IMG/VR virus record: IMGVR_UViG_2919361683_000002
Span: 17,711-81,710 of that record
DNA: 64,000 bases
Reading direction: 5' to 3' (one strand)
Source of the DNA: a virus
The translations under genes were made by a program, and so were the position numbers. Below the pieces are notes generated by a model. That model saw only the letters and a list, made by a program, of their open reading frames with translations, was not told the DNA's origin and ran no database searches. Below are positions 38,515 through 48,065 of the stretch, piece by piece. Numbering within the stretch: position 1 is the first letter of the stretch; every line of letters begins with the position of its first letter.

Positions 38515-41112
38515 TCAAGGGGACAATTTTATACTTCTTTGTTTTCTCTTTTTTTCACGCTCTTTTTCTTTTCGTACGATTTTGAAGCAGTCGCCACAAT
38601 AAATCTGACGCTGTTTTGTTATAGTGTACTTAGCTTTACATCTATCGCATGTTCCTAACTTATTGAGATTCCTTAATAAATTATCCAGAATAATGTCGCC
38701 AAATGATGACCACAAAGTTGTTTTAAAATTGCTTTTTTTGTTGTTATACAAGTACTCAATTAACACATCAACAATTTCGTTGCTGCTTTTTTTGCTACTT
38801 GAAAATATACTTTCTCTTATGGATGTATAATGATACAATTCGTCATTTGACTTGGTGTTTCCATCATTAGAAAACATAAATTTCTTATTCTTGTCTAATC
38901 TTTTGTAAGCTTCAATTATATTCTCATCGAGCAGTACGGGCTTTTCAGGATCGCTCAGCAAAAGGTTATAGTTGAATTCACCAGATCCAATATTGCTAAA
39001 ACTAATTCTAGGATTTGGTATAATGGTTGACAGACGATTCATTGCACTTTTATTTGAAAGCTCAACCTTTTTCTCATCTTTGTCTTTTGCATACATAAAA
39101 AAATAAGGAGCTTTTGATTTAGTATGCTTTAGTATGTTTTTCTTTATATGTTCTGGACGTTCTGGTTTGTACAGTGTTTTTGCATAGTCGATTGTAAAGT
39201 TGTTTTCCATACATAAAATCTTGATAACATTTAGATCGATATTGTCACTATTCCAAATCTTCGTTATATCATTGCTAATGATTCCGATGTTACCCCCCGT
39301 ATATGCAGCGTTCAGTCCATTGAATATACTCCTGCTATTAACAAGTTCCGCTCCTGCTTTAGCCATCTCATAATAAAGAGGGTATACACCTTGCATGTTC
39401 CTCTTTGCAACATCGACTATTGTTTTGTCGCAACAGACTAGGGCTTTGTCCCCATCGTTGTCAAACATAAGTATTTTACTGATAGGATCATGAATGCTGG
39501 TATATAAACTCTTAGTTACAAACCATCGCTTCATCTCTTTATTCTTGGAGTTCTTTCTAACAGCGTGTTCCCTATACAGATGAGGACTTCTAAGACAATC
39601 TAGTTCAACAGCATTATCAAATAAATCACAAAACACTTCTGTATTATTTAATAATAAGCCTTGAGGTTGATTGATTCCCAAGAAAAGATACTCACAAAAT
39701 GCATATAGATCAGGGCTTATAAATGTATACTTACCCTCCACATCGATTTTTCCAGCCTTGGCATGTTTGATTAAACTTTTTTTCACTTGCTTAATTGTTT
39801 CTTTGCTATAAGTATCGTTAAGAAGCTCTGGATAAACTTCCAATGCTTTCTGGAAGTGATTTTTGTTTTTGTTGTATCTGGTGACACCTAAAATTTTTAG
39901 CATTGTGTCTTTGTCTGATCCAATTCTGCGAATGTCTTGTACGGTTTCAGAGCTGATTGTTTTTAGTTCCTCATTTGTCATGTCGGTTAAAGTTTGCAAC
40001 ATTTGATAATTTAATTTGGCGTTTCCGACTACATCTTCTTCTTCATTGCACTTTCCTGCCTGACAATTATACTTTAAATATTTATTTATGTATTCTGACC
40101 AAGAGCTATAGTATTTCCACATTTTAAACTGACTCTTCGTAAAAATGACTTCTATTTCTTCTTTTAATATATCATGCTCTTTACCATAGATGTCTTTGAC
40201 GACTCCATATTTACTGTAGCCCACTTGTTTGTTCTTTTCTCTTAAAAATTTATCAAAAGGGAAGGGGACTAATAACCCTTTGACCCAAGGTAGGCGAATC
40301 ATCATTGCCTTTTTACTTTTACGAGGTAAAATCATTCCACAACCATCTGTGTGTTCAATGGGAACATCCATAACTTTACGTTCAATTTCATATGTTTTAT
40401 CTGAAATAAAGTCAACGGTAGTTTTTAGAGTTGTTGTCATATCATCTACGACAATAGACTTTTTAATATCAAAATCGTACCATTGTTCCGTTGCGCTATT
40501 ACAGAGAGCTAAGTATGCCAGATACTTGTTAATGTTTACGCCACCAAGCTCATTAATCTTTTCGATGGTTAATCCACACATTAGTGTTCGCTGGTGAACT
40601 TTAAAAACCGATTCTTTAATGAATACAGTTTTCTTTGTTCTAATTTGCCCAGCACTTGCAGTAAAGCAAACATACTTCTCACTGTTGTAAAGAAAACCAT
40701 TAACAATGATATCTTTTAGAACATCGAAAAAGTATGTTTGTACTATGATGATGTCTCTACATAAGCTGCCTTGCTCGATCTTTAAAACTCTTGTCAGTGA
40801 TGAATCAAATACAGATACTATATTCTTCAAATTATTGGTATCAACTTCGCTCGAACGAAGAGTTCTTATGGTGCTATTGGACTTAAATAGGGCGTATAAC
40901 TTTTCTTTGTACTTTTTTATTCGTTTGTTTGTGTGCTTTAAATATTGATCAATCTTATCACTTCTTGATCTGTCATTTGATTTGTCATTTTTAATTTCTT
41001 TTAAGCTAGCTCTAAATCTGTAGTTTCTTTTTTGTCTTCTATGTATTTTCATTTCTTCTTCATTATAAAACGCGCTAGTATCGACACTAAATACATGAAC
41101 TTGTTTATTCAA
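38515..41112 (-). CDS. yonO: Single-subunit phage DNA-dependent RNA polymerase
   Basis: 865 aa; TDGCG, RSPHL and catalytic MFDNDGD (DxDGD); upstream of the HU/late operon as in SPbeta. Confidence 0.93.
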   Translation of the reverse strand: MNKQVHVFSVDTSAFYNEEEMKIHRRQKRNYRFRASLKEIKNDKSNDRSRSDKIDQYLKHTNKRIKKYKEKLYALFKSNSTIRTLRSSEVDTNNLKNIVSVFDSSLTRVLKIEQGSLCRDIIIVQTYFFDVLKDIIVNGFLYNSEKYVCFTASAGQIRTKKTVFIKESVFKVHQRTLMCGLTIEKINELGGVNINKYLAYLALCNSATEQWYDFDIKKSIVVDDMTTTLKTTVDFISDKTYEIERKVMDVPIEHTDGCGMILPRKSKKAMMIRLPWVKGLLVPFPFDKFLREKNKQVGYSKYGVVKDIYGKEHDILKEEIEVIFTKSQFKMWKYYSSWSEYINKYLKYNCQAGKCNEEEDVVGNAKLNYQMLQTLTDMTNEELKTISSETVQDIRRIGSDKDTMLKILGVTRYNKNKNHFQKALEVYPELLNDTYSKETIKQVKKSLIKHAKAGKIDVEGKYTFISPDLYAFCEYLFLGINQPQGLLLNNTEVFCDLFDNAVELDCLRSPHLYREHAVRKNSKNKEMKRWFVTKSLYTSIHDPISKILMFDNDGDKALVCCDKTIVDVAKRNMQGVYPLYYEMAKAGAELVNSRSIFNGLNAAYTGGNIGIISNDITKIWNSDNIDLNVIKILCMENNFTIDYAKTLYKPERPEHIKKNILKHTKSKAPYFFMYAKDKDEKKVELSNKSAMNRLSTIIPNPRISFSNIGSGEFNYNLLLSDPEKPVLLDENIIEAYKRLDKNKKFMFSNDGNTKSNDELYHYTSIRESIFSSSKKSSNEIVDVLIEYLYNNKKSNFKTTLWSSFGDIILDNLLRNLNKLGTCDRCKAKYTITKQRQIYCGDCFKIVRKEKEREKKRKQRSIKLSP

Positions 41113-41117
41113 ATTTA

Positions 41118-42110
41118 TCAGAACTCTCTCCTTTGTGAAAGATAGCTACCTAAAATGGTTTCAATATACTTGTAATACCATTCGTAATCAACAAATTCTT
41201 TTCTTTTGTTGTAGTATTTAATTCTATTTATATCAATCTTTTTGCCAATACAATAATTATCTTTTAAAACATCTCTTTTTCTTGCGGCTATTCTTCTGGG
41301 CGATTTATGGTTATAAAGATGTTCCAAATCGTCAATTTCAATAATGGATAAAATCTGCCCGGTTGGTTTGAAAATTACAAAATCAAATTTAAGAGGTTGT
41401 CCATTCTCGCCTTTTAAGTCATCAAAAGAATATTGAATTTTAAAATTGTGATCGTGATTTTTCAAATAATCATAAACTACTTTTTCAGAGAAAGGGAGAT
41501 TACAAACTGGACATCCACGACCTTTTTTAATGTTTGTGGGGGTAATGTCCCATTCGTAATTATCAATATTACATTTAACGGAAACTGGGAGTGTACTTTT
41601 TTGATATTTAGAGAGAAGTTGGTAGTTTTTTCTTCTAAGTATTTCTATGATTTCTTCTTCAAAGTTTCCTTTTCTACCAGAACAGTAGGGGCACCATTGA
41701 GACTTACTGAACAAGCAGTCGGCTGTAGTAAAGAAGTTGGGATGACCTGTGATTCCACAATCAATCTCATATGTACTTTTAGCAGTTTTCCATTTAGGGC
41801 TTACTAAACTGCCCCCTTTAGATTCGCAAAGACTTTTAAGTCGTTTTAAAAAGTAAGTATGATCTTTTTTGTTTTTACAACTAACTGTACTTTTTAAGTT
41901 ATTACTACAAGTAGTACAAGGAGAAAAACTTTTTGCTAAAATATTCTTTGCATTTATAGATTTATGTATATCCCCATGCTCGCTACAATGATAGATGAAT
42001 GATATTGGTTCTGTACCGCCGTTATAATCACTTAAAATTCTTACTTTGTCTCCAAATTTGTTATAAACTTTCTTTCGAAATTCTTCTGTGGTTTGCATCC
42101 TAATTCCCAA
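41118..42110 (-). CDS. Free-standing Zn-finger Vsr/DUF559-like endonuclease
   Basis: C..HG and CP.C repeats; FSE..FDFVI..IEIDD.EH..RD.LKDNYC. Confidence 0.8.
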   Translation of the reverse strand: MGIRMQTTEEFRKKVYNKFGDKVRILSDYNGGTEPISFIYHCSEHGDIHKSINAKNILAKSFSPCTTCSNNLKSTVSCKNKKDHTYFLKRLKSLCESKGGSLVSPKWKTAKSTYEIDCGITGHPNFFTTADCLFSKSQWCPYCSGRKGNFEEEIIEILRRKNYQLLSKYQKSTLPVSVKCNIDNYEWDITPTNIKKGRGCPVCNLPFSEKVVYDYLKNHDHNFKIQYSFDDLKGENGQPLKFDFVIFKPTGQILSIIEIDDLEHLYNHKSPRRIAARKRDVLKDNYCIGKKIDINRIKYYNKRKEFVDYEWYYKYIETILGSYLSQRREF

Positions 42111-42150
42111 AAACTAGCGTCTCCTTTGAATTATTATTTTCTATGTATTT

Positions 42151-42396
42151 TTAATTATTAGAGTTTACTGTGATATCTTTATTACTATTTTCTGGTTTGT
42201 GAGGCAGTCTGTAGTATTTTTTATGTGCTTCGTTCTTTAGCCAAATTACTTCATCATCAATATATGTATAATCTATTTCTTCAATTTCTGTCTTCAGTGA
42301 AACATCTCTATCATCAAAGTAATCTAGTTCAAAACCATCATAATATCTATCCTCCCAAGTGATAATTGAATGATTTCCTTTTTTCATTTTTGGCAT
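42151..42396 (-). CDS. Small acidic protein (YonP position)
   Basis: AAGGGG RBS; first gene after a sigma-A promoter. Confidence 0.65.
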   Translation of the reverse strand: MPKMKKGNHSIITWEDRYYDGFELDYFDDRDVSLKTEIEEIDYTYIDDEVIWLKNEAHKKYYRLPHKPENSNKDITVNSNN

Positions 42397-42460
42397 TATG
42401 TACTTATTTCCCCTTGTTTATTTATTTTTATTTTCAGAGAAAGTTGGTCTCTGCATTAAC

Positions 42461-42540
42461 AATATATCATCTTCTATCATCACCGTCAATATTACATATA
42501 ATTTAATTATATTTACTTATTGAAAAGAGAATAGTATAAT
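42461..42540. promoter_or_regulatory. Divergent sigma-A promoters (leftward to yonO, rightward to the recombinase)
   Basis: Minus: TTGACG(42484-89)-17-TATATT(42461-66); plus: TTTACT-17-TATAAT(42535-40). Confidence 0.7.
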
Positions 42541-42567
42541 AGAAACAAGAGAAAGGAGCTGCATAAT

Positions 42568-43617
42568 ATGAGTGCATCGCTAAATAATAATTTGGTTGGA
42601 TTACATACAAAAAGTGTGAATGAAGATATTGAAACTCATTTGAATAGCTTCGAAAGCAGATTTACTTCAAACACTTATAGAAATAGATTGGTTAAATTCT
42701 TTATGTGGTACAGAGGTAAAAATCTAGCTTCATTAAAAGAAGATGACTTGCAGATTAGAAATGCTGATATCCTAAGATATCGTAACTTTTTGAAAGAATT
42801 AAAAGATGAAGATGAAAAGAGATTCTACACAAACACTACAATCAATAATTTCATTGCAGCGATACAAAGCCTTTATACATTTCTCGAAAAAAATGACTAC
42901 AATGTAAAAGCAATTGTGACTCAAATAAAGCCATTATCTGATGATTCCGAACAATGCGGTAGACTCTATACTCACGAAGCTGAACAGATGGCTGTGATTG
43001 CCGAAGGGACAGTAAAAGGTATTGAAAAATCAGCATTGATTCGCATGGCATATACAACGAGTTTTCGTAAAGGATCGCTATTAAATCTTCAATGGACAGA
43101 TATAATCAAGACTGAATCTCATGATTACTATGAGGTAAATATTATAGGGAAAGGTGGAAAGAAACATGTAATGCCAATCTCTCCAGATCTATATGATTAT
43201 CTACTAAAAATAAAGGAACAACCATACTATAAAAGATACAATGATAATAAAATATTTCATTTAGGTACAAAAACAATTCAAAATATGATGGATTATTTAA
43301 AAAGCGAACTAAAAATACCAAAAGAAAGAAACGTAGTGTTCCATAGTTTTCGAAATGTTGCCAGTATGTATGGAACACTTGAAGAAGCAAAAGAACACTA
43401 CAATCATTCTAGTTATAATGTTACGGAACGCTACAGACATAAAGACAATGATTTAAGCAATAGTCTCAGTTTACGTATCGGTAATCAAATCGAGGATTCA
43501 ATATTCGACGAACTGACAAAAGAAGAATTGATTGAGATTATTTTAAATCAGCATGAAGGAGCCGTATTTCAAATGAAAAGAGAAGCCAAAAAACTAAAAG
43601 AAGGGAAGACAGAGTAA
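42568..43617 (+). CDS. Tyrosine recombinase/integrase family protein
   Basis: SAM-like N-terminus; TSFRKG (R), GKGGK (K), HSFRN, NHS, TERY (Y). Confidence 0.88.
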   Translation: MSASLNNNLVGLHTKSVNEDIETHLNSFESRFTSNTYRNRLVKFFMWYRGKNLASLKEDDLQIRNADILRYRNFLKELKDEDEKRFYTNTTINNFIAAIQSLYTFLEKNDYNVKAIVTQIKPLSDDSEQCGRLYTHEAEQMAVIAEGTVKGIEKSALIRMAYTTSFRKGSLLNLQWTDIIKTESHDYYEVNIIGKGGKKHVMPISPDLYDYLLKIKEQPYYKRYNDNKIFHLGTKTIQNMMDYLKSELKIPKERNVVFHSFRNVASMYGTLEEAKEHYNHSSYNVTERYRHKDNDLSNSLSLRIGNQIEDSIFDELTKEELIEIILNQHEGAVFQMKREAKKLKEGKTE

Positions 43618-43625
43618 AGTCGTGG

Positions 43626-44327
43626 ATGAATAAATCAAATATGGACAAGAATAATAACCCAAAACAAAAGCGAAATAAACAGTCTATCCATTTGCCAACT
43701 AGTACTGTTAGAGACCCAAACATTAATGCTAATGATTTTTGTTTAATCCTTTATCTTAAGTACTTAACATGGAGAAGCGGAAACAGATACGAGTTTGATG
43801 TTTCTTTGTCTGAGTTGAAACAGTTTTTAAATATTCAGGACAATAAAACACTCAAGTCTTCTTTTAATAATATTTTTAGAGAAGAGTATATAATAAGAGA
43901 GATAAAAAAGATTCTCCCCAATAGCCCAATAAGGTTCTTTTTAAATCAGAAGAAGTTTGATACCGACAGTAAATTAGACGAAAAGTTTTTTACATATCTA
44001 CCAATCAACATTTTGTACGGAATGAAAGATCGGAAATTGGATAGAAAAGAAGTTCGAATCCTTTATTATATTAAAAGCTATATTAATTACTCTGATCCTA
44101 AGAAGGAGTATTGCTTCACTGGTATAGAGAAAACAATGGTTAAAGAATTAAATATGGGCAAAAATACGATTCCAAAGTACACTGACATGTTAGTAAAAAA
44201 GAATTTGATTCGAATTGAAAAGAACAAACTTGAAACAAGCTATCAATATGATGAAGAAGGAAATTTGATATTCACAAGATACAACAACCATTATTATCTG
44301 GATTTTAATAACATTGATAAACTGTAG
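43626..44327 (+). CDS. Tandem winged-HTH protein, probable replication initiator
   Basis: Two LP....D..L-type repeats; YCF.G....KELNMGKNTI.KY...L.K..LI HTH; iterons directly downstream. Confidence 0.65.
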   Translation: MNKSNMDKNNNPKQKRNKQSIHLPTSTVRDPNINANDFCLILYLKYLTWRSGNRYEFDVSLSELKQFLNIQDNKTLKSSFNNIFREEYIIREIKKILPNSPIRFFLNQKKFDTDSKLDEKFFTYLPINILYGMKDRKLDRKEVRILYYIKSYINYSDPKKEYCFTGIEKTMVKELNMGKNTIPKYTDMLVKKNLIRIEKNKLETSYQYDEEGNLIFTRYNNHYYLDFNNIDKL

Positions 44328-44337
44328 AAATTTATCT

Positions 44338-44470
44338 AGTCCCAATTTATCCAACTATCACTCCCAAAACATCCAACATCTACTCCCAAAACATCCAACA
44401 TCCACTCCCTATTCCTCCGGGAGAAATAGGGGACTAGTAATTAAGTTAATAGATAATAGATAATAGATAA
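44338..44470 (+). repeat. Iteron-like 22-bp tandem repeats + TAATAGA x3 (putative origin)
   Basis: ACTCCCAAAACATCCAACATC(T/C) at 44360 and 44382, degenerate copy at 44338, partial at 44404; TAATAGA x3 from 44447. Confidence 0.75.
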
Positions 44471-45586
44471 GTATATACAGTATTTAGAGATGGTTTCGCT
44501 ACGCTACCCAACTCTTGGATTGTGATTTTTTTTGGTGTTTGGGGGATAATGATATTTCTTGTTGATATATTAGGCTGATTAGCAGTTGAAAAATTAGTGG
44601 AAGTAAAAGTTTGAGGTTAATGTGTTATAGGGAGACAGTGGTGTTTTTAACTTAGACGTTTCAAGACCCAAGTTTAATTTCCCTTTACTCAAATTGAATA
44701 TTTATTAAGAAATACATATATGAGATATAGGACATTCAGAGATGGATGTCTTTTTTTGTTGTCTGAGAAGCAGCTCAATCGTGATAGCAAATTATCTTGA
44801 TCGTCAAAACGAAAAAATTGATAAAATTCCAATTAAAATAAAGATTGTGGTGTAAGTCATGTTTTATGTTACAAGTTGAATCGTAAAAGTAAGGACGTAT
44901 AAAGAGTTTTTTGATAAATTTTAATTAAAAATAGTAAAAAATAGGGTGGTTACACAATTGTAATATGAACTAAAACATAGATAAAGAAAGGTGATTTGCG
45001 ATTGCATTTACGATTGAAACGAGAGGAAAATACGTGTGAATAGTTACAAAATATTAATATATTATAAAGGTGAAAAAATAAGTTGAGTGTGTGAGTGGAA
45101 GTGCTACAGGATATTTTGTGAATTTTAGGTGGTGTCTGGATGTAAACTATCCCCCCGTATCCCTGCATAGATACCATATAAGTATAGTTATGTAGTATCT
45201 ATCATTGAGCATGAAGGGCTGATAGAGTGGTCGAGAATGAGTATGTCAAGTTGAATAAAAATGTAAAAAAATACTAAATAATATGTTTTGAATTTGAAAT
45301 TTCTGGTCAGATGATTTGGCAAGATGGGGGAGCTATGACTCGTTGTAATCGCTAGGCAACGCGATTGACAATGTGCTAGACTTAAAACTAATACCATTAG
45401 TCTATAAACTATCATCATTAATATTATAACTAACTCACATAACATAACATTATAGCTACCTATTCTCACTTTATTAGCCTAATCCAATAAACAAAAATAA
45501 ATAAATTACACAAAAATATATACAAAATAATAGTCTTATGCTATAATAATATATGTAAGGGATACACGCCGAAAGGTGGTGACACC

Positions 45587-45778
45587 ATGCTAGAATACAT
45601 ACCTTACATTGCTCTAATCATAAACTTTCTCGGTTTTGCGCTTCGAGTTCTCAAATTCATCTTTGATGAAAAACGAGCAAGAAGCAAAGAGAAAGCAGAA
45701 CGATTAGACAAGCTTAAAGAAGCTGAAAATGAAAAAGGTACGTTCCCTCCACGAAAGGAAACGCACCAAAAGCGTTAA
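45587..45778 (+). CDS. Type I toxin, YonT-like
   Basis: MLE start, TM helix, charged/basic tail; TGCTATAAT -10; antisense sRNA over its 3' end; SPbeta-like position. Confidence 0.75.
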   Translation: MLEYIPYIALIINFLGFALRVLKFIFDEKRARSKEKAERLDKLKEAENEKGTFPPRKETHQKR

Positions 45779-45822
45779 AGCTTCTAACTTCTAGGGGAAT
45801 CAAATTGGTTCCCTTAGACCCA
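45732..45822 (-). ncRNA. Antisense antitoxin sRNA (SR6-like)
   Basis: TTGCCT(45851-56)-17-TATTAT(45828-33) on minus; 5' hairpin CTAAGGGAA..TTCCCCTAG; terminator GGTGCGTTTCC..GGGAACGTACC-TTTTT. Confidence 0.75.
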
Positions 45823-45876
45823 ACTACATAATAGCATAATCATTGACTATAGGCAACGAAAGGGAGGGAATTGACT

Positions 45877-46047
45877 ATGAAGCGATTTATTAAACGTATA
45901 CCATCAAATGTATTGTTTATTATCTGTGGCATTGCATCTTTATTTATTGAGTATCCTAATTCAATAAGATTTGTTGCTTGGATATTAGCAGCTTTAATGA
46001 TCGCATGGGGTGTATTGGACACAATAAGAGACAAAAATAAAAAGTAA
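45877..46047 (+). CDS. Small 2-TM membrane protein, 56 aa (YoyJ position)
   Basis: Not in ORF track; AGGGAGG RBS; MKRFIKRIPSNVLFIICGIASLFIEYPNSIRFVAWILAALMIAWGVLDTIRDKNKK. Confidence 0.75.
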   Translation: MKRFIKRIPSNVLFIICGIASLFIEYPNSIRFVAWILAALMIAWGVLDTIRDKNKK

Positions 46048-46127
46048 TGCACGAGTTTAATGAATCTTACACCAGTATCAAATTACCTTTCTTATCCGCT
46101 TCTTATGGTACAATATAGTTATCACTA

Positions 46128-46649
46128 TTGATAGGATGGGATATGATGAATGATGATACATTGAAGAACTTAGAAATACCTCCTAAACTACAAGAACATT
46201 TAAATTTAATGAAAAAGGTTATGGATAGTGATTACTATAAGACCGCATTTGATATGGTTTCTAAGTATGACAATCTAAAGCCTACCATTGAATATATAAA
46301 ACAAATAAAACCGTCTCTTGAATTGGTGAAAGATATACCATCTGAATACTTAAAACTCAATGAAATAACAAAAAAATTCTTTAATCAAATACCAACTTCA
46401 ACTAATAACGGAACTGATAGAGTCAATAATGATACACCAACTACTCATGACGTGGATGAATTTTTTGAAACAGTTGAAAAAATCGTTCCACAGATAGATG
46501 ATGAGGAATGTCGCAATGAAGTCCAGCAACTCGTTACAGATGCCAGGAAAGAATATAAATTCTTTGATTGGGATCAAGTAACTATGACAAAAGTCATCCC
46601 GTGGATAATTGCAATAGTTGCGCTCATTAATGCTATATATCATTCATAG
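46128..46649 (+). CDS. Hypothetical protein with C-terminal membrane anchor
   Basis: Own TGGTACAAT -10; terminator 46671-46702. Confidence 0.7.
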   Translation: MIGWDMMNDDTLKNLEIPPKLQEHLNLMKKVMDSDYYKTAFDMVSKYDNLKPTIEYIKQIKPSLELVKDIPSEYLKLNEITKKFFNQIPTSTNNGTDRVNNDTPTTHDVDEFFETVEKIVPQIDDEECRNEVQQLVTDARKEYKFFDWDQVTMTKVIPWIIAIVALINAIYHS

Positions 46650-46764
46650 CTAATAATACTATATACAAACAAGCCTAGATAAATTATGTCTAGGCTCTTT
46701 TTGTTTACTTTTTAGGTTGTATAAGCGATTCACATTTCATCAATTGCAGACAATTACTCATTGG

Positions 46765-46983
46765 TTACTCTTCAATTTTAACGGTAATCAGTTGTGTTAA
46801 ATCAGTTAATTCAAATGTTCTCATAATAGTTATAATTTGTTCCCGTGAAAATGTTTTATTTACGTTTCTAGCCCATTCACTTATGGTCGCCTCACGTATA
46901 CCCATTTCTTTATGTGCTGTCTTAAAATCCCACCCACGTTGTTTCAGCAGTGAATTAAGATGACATTCTATAACAATATTCAT
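46765..46983 (-). CDS. Xre/Cro-type HTH regulator
   Basis: LL.QRG......MGIREATISEW..N; GGAGG RBS. Confidence 0.85.
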   Translation of the reverse strand: MNIVIECHLNSLLKQRGWDFKTAHKEMGIREATISEWARNVNKTFSREQIITIMRTFELTDLTQLITVKIEE

Positions 46984-47047
46984 TTAAATAAACCTCCAGA
47001 AGTTACATTTGTATTCTTATTATAAGGAGTGACAACTATATGAGCAA

Positions 47048-47098
47048 TTACGAAAATCGAATTTAAACATTGACAAATGCGAAATTCGCAACTATAAT
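47048..47098 (+). promoter_or_regulatory. Consensus sigma-A promoter with palindromic operator
   Basis: TTGACA(47070-75)-17-TATAAT(47093-98); TGCGAAATTCGCA in the spacer; related TACGAAAATCGAA upstream. Confidence 0.85.
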
Positions 47099-47128
47099 AT
47101 AAATATAAATAAAACACATAAAAGGAGA

Positions 47129-47773
47129 ATGAGCATGATGATAAACATAACTGATAAATGTATTAATCGGAATGGATACCATATGATTTATGTGAATACT
47201 GATGATTTTAAACAGGGAGAATTGTCAAACAATGAATGGCAAAGAGATGTCGGAAAACATTTATCAACATATCAATCAATTAAGGAGAAAGAAGAAATTT
47301 CTTATAACGATTTGTTGGATTTGTCGGCAGAAGGTAGAACGTTTTGGATAAAAGTGGTGAATACAGACTGCTACAATACTAACAACGTACTAATTGAACT
47401 AACGTTACAATATGTCAATAAAGAATTAACTTTTTACATTTCAAGAGAGACTTATAACAAAATAATGTGTCAAAAGGGAGAAAAGACAGAGATATTAGAA
47501 AGCAATAAAGCAACAATCACAGCCTTCAATAGTATGGGGGTTCCTTATGAAATGCAGACAACTATCAAGGAATTAAAAGAAGAAAATAATAAATTAATCG
47601 TAATCCATAAGCCGAAACGCTCCAGAACAATATACAAACATACCTATGATAAAGATTCCGAATTGAGAATTTATAAGGGATGGATTGATACAGGAATAAA
47701 TGAAGTGGGTGAATATGTTGGCTATCAAAGTACTTCTACATCTATTAAACAAGATCCCATGTTTAGTTTCTAA
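47129..47773 (+). CDS. Hypothetical early protein
   Basis: AAGGAG RBS; C-terminal domain similar to 48624-49268. Confidence 0.75.
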   Translation: MSMMINITDKCINRNGYHMIYVNTDDFKQGELSNNEWQRDVGKHLSTYQSIKEKEEISYNDLLDLSAEGRTFWIKVVNTDCYNTNNVLIELTLQYVNKELTFYISRETYNKIMCQKGEKTEILESNKATITAFNSMGVPYEMQTTIKELKEENNKLIVIHKPKRSRTIYKHTYDKDSELRIYKGWIDTGINEVGEYVGYQSTSTSIKQDPMFSF

Positions 47774-47798
47774 GTAACCTGAAAGGGAGAGACATTGA

Positions 47799-47948
47799 AT
47801 GAAGCATATAAGAGTAGTGAAACAAAACGGATCAACAATCATACATAAACTTGGAACTGACTTAGACATTCTTGAACTATCAACAGCATTTCAAATGGAT
47901 AGAGTTGAGTACCAAGACAAGAATGTCTATATACATCTGAAAGGGTGA
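47799..47948 (+). CDS. Small hypothetical protein, 49 aa (MKHIRVVKQNGSTIIH...)
   Basis: Not in ORF track; AAGGGAG RBS. Confidence 0.55.
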   Translation: MKHIRVVKQNGSTIIHKLGTDLDILELSTAFQMDRVEYQDKNVYIHLKG

Positions 47949-48065
47949 TATGTTGATGAAGTGGAGAATGAAAGATAAAGTGTCATTGTTGCTAAGTGTT
48001 TCGTTATGGGTTGTTGTAATAGTGAAAATTTATTACTAAAATCAATATATAATAATAATTAATAT

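Noticed and set aside
7035-41807. Numerous 60-160 aa antisense/alternate-frame ORFs within late genes
   Set aside because: Shadow ORFs without RBS inside long well-supported genes
44338-44409. CRISPR array
   Set aside because: Repeats are contiguous with no unique spacers and no cas genes; iteron-like
44950-45469. ORFs 44950-45177 and 45188-45469
   Set aside because: No convincing RBS and atypical composition; treated as non-coding
46838-46852. Second parS (TGTTCCCGTGAAAAT)
   Set aside because: One-base deletion breaks the palindrome and it lies inside the Xre CDS
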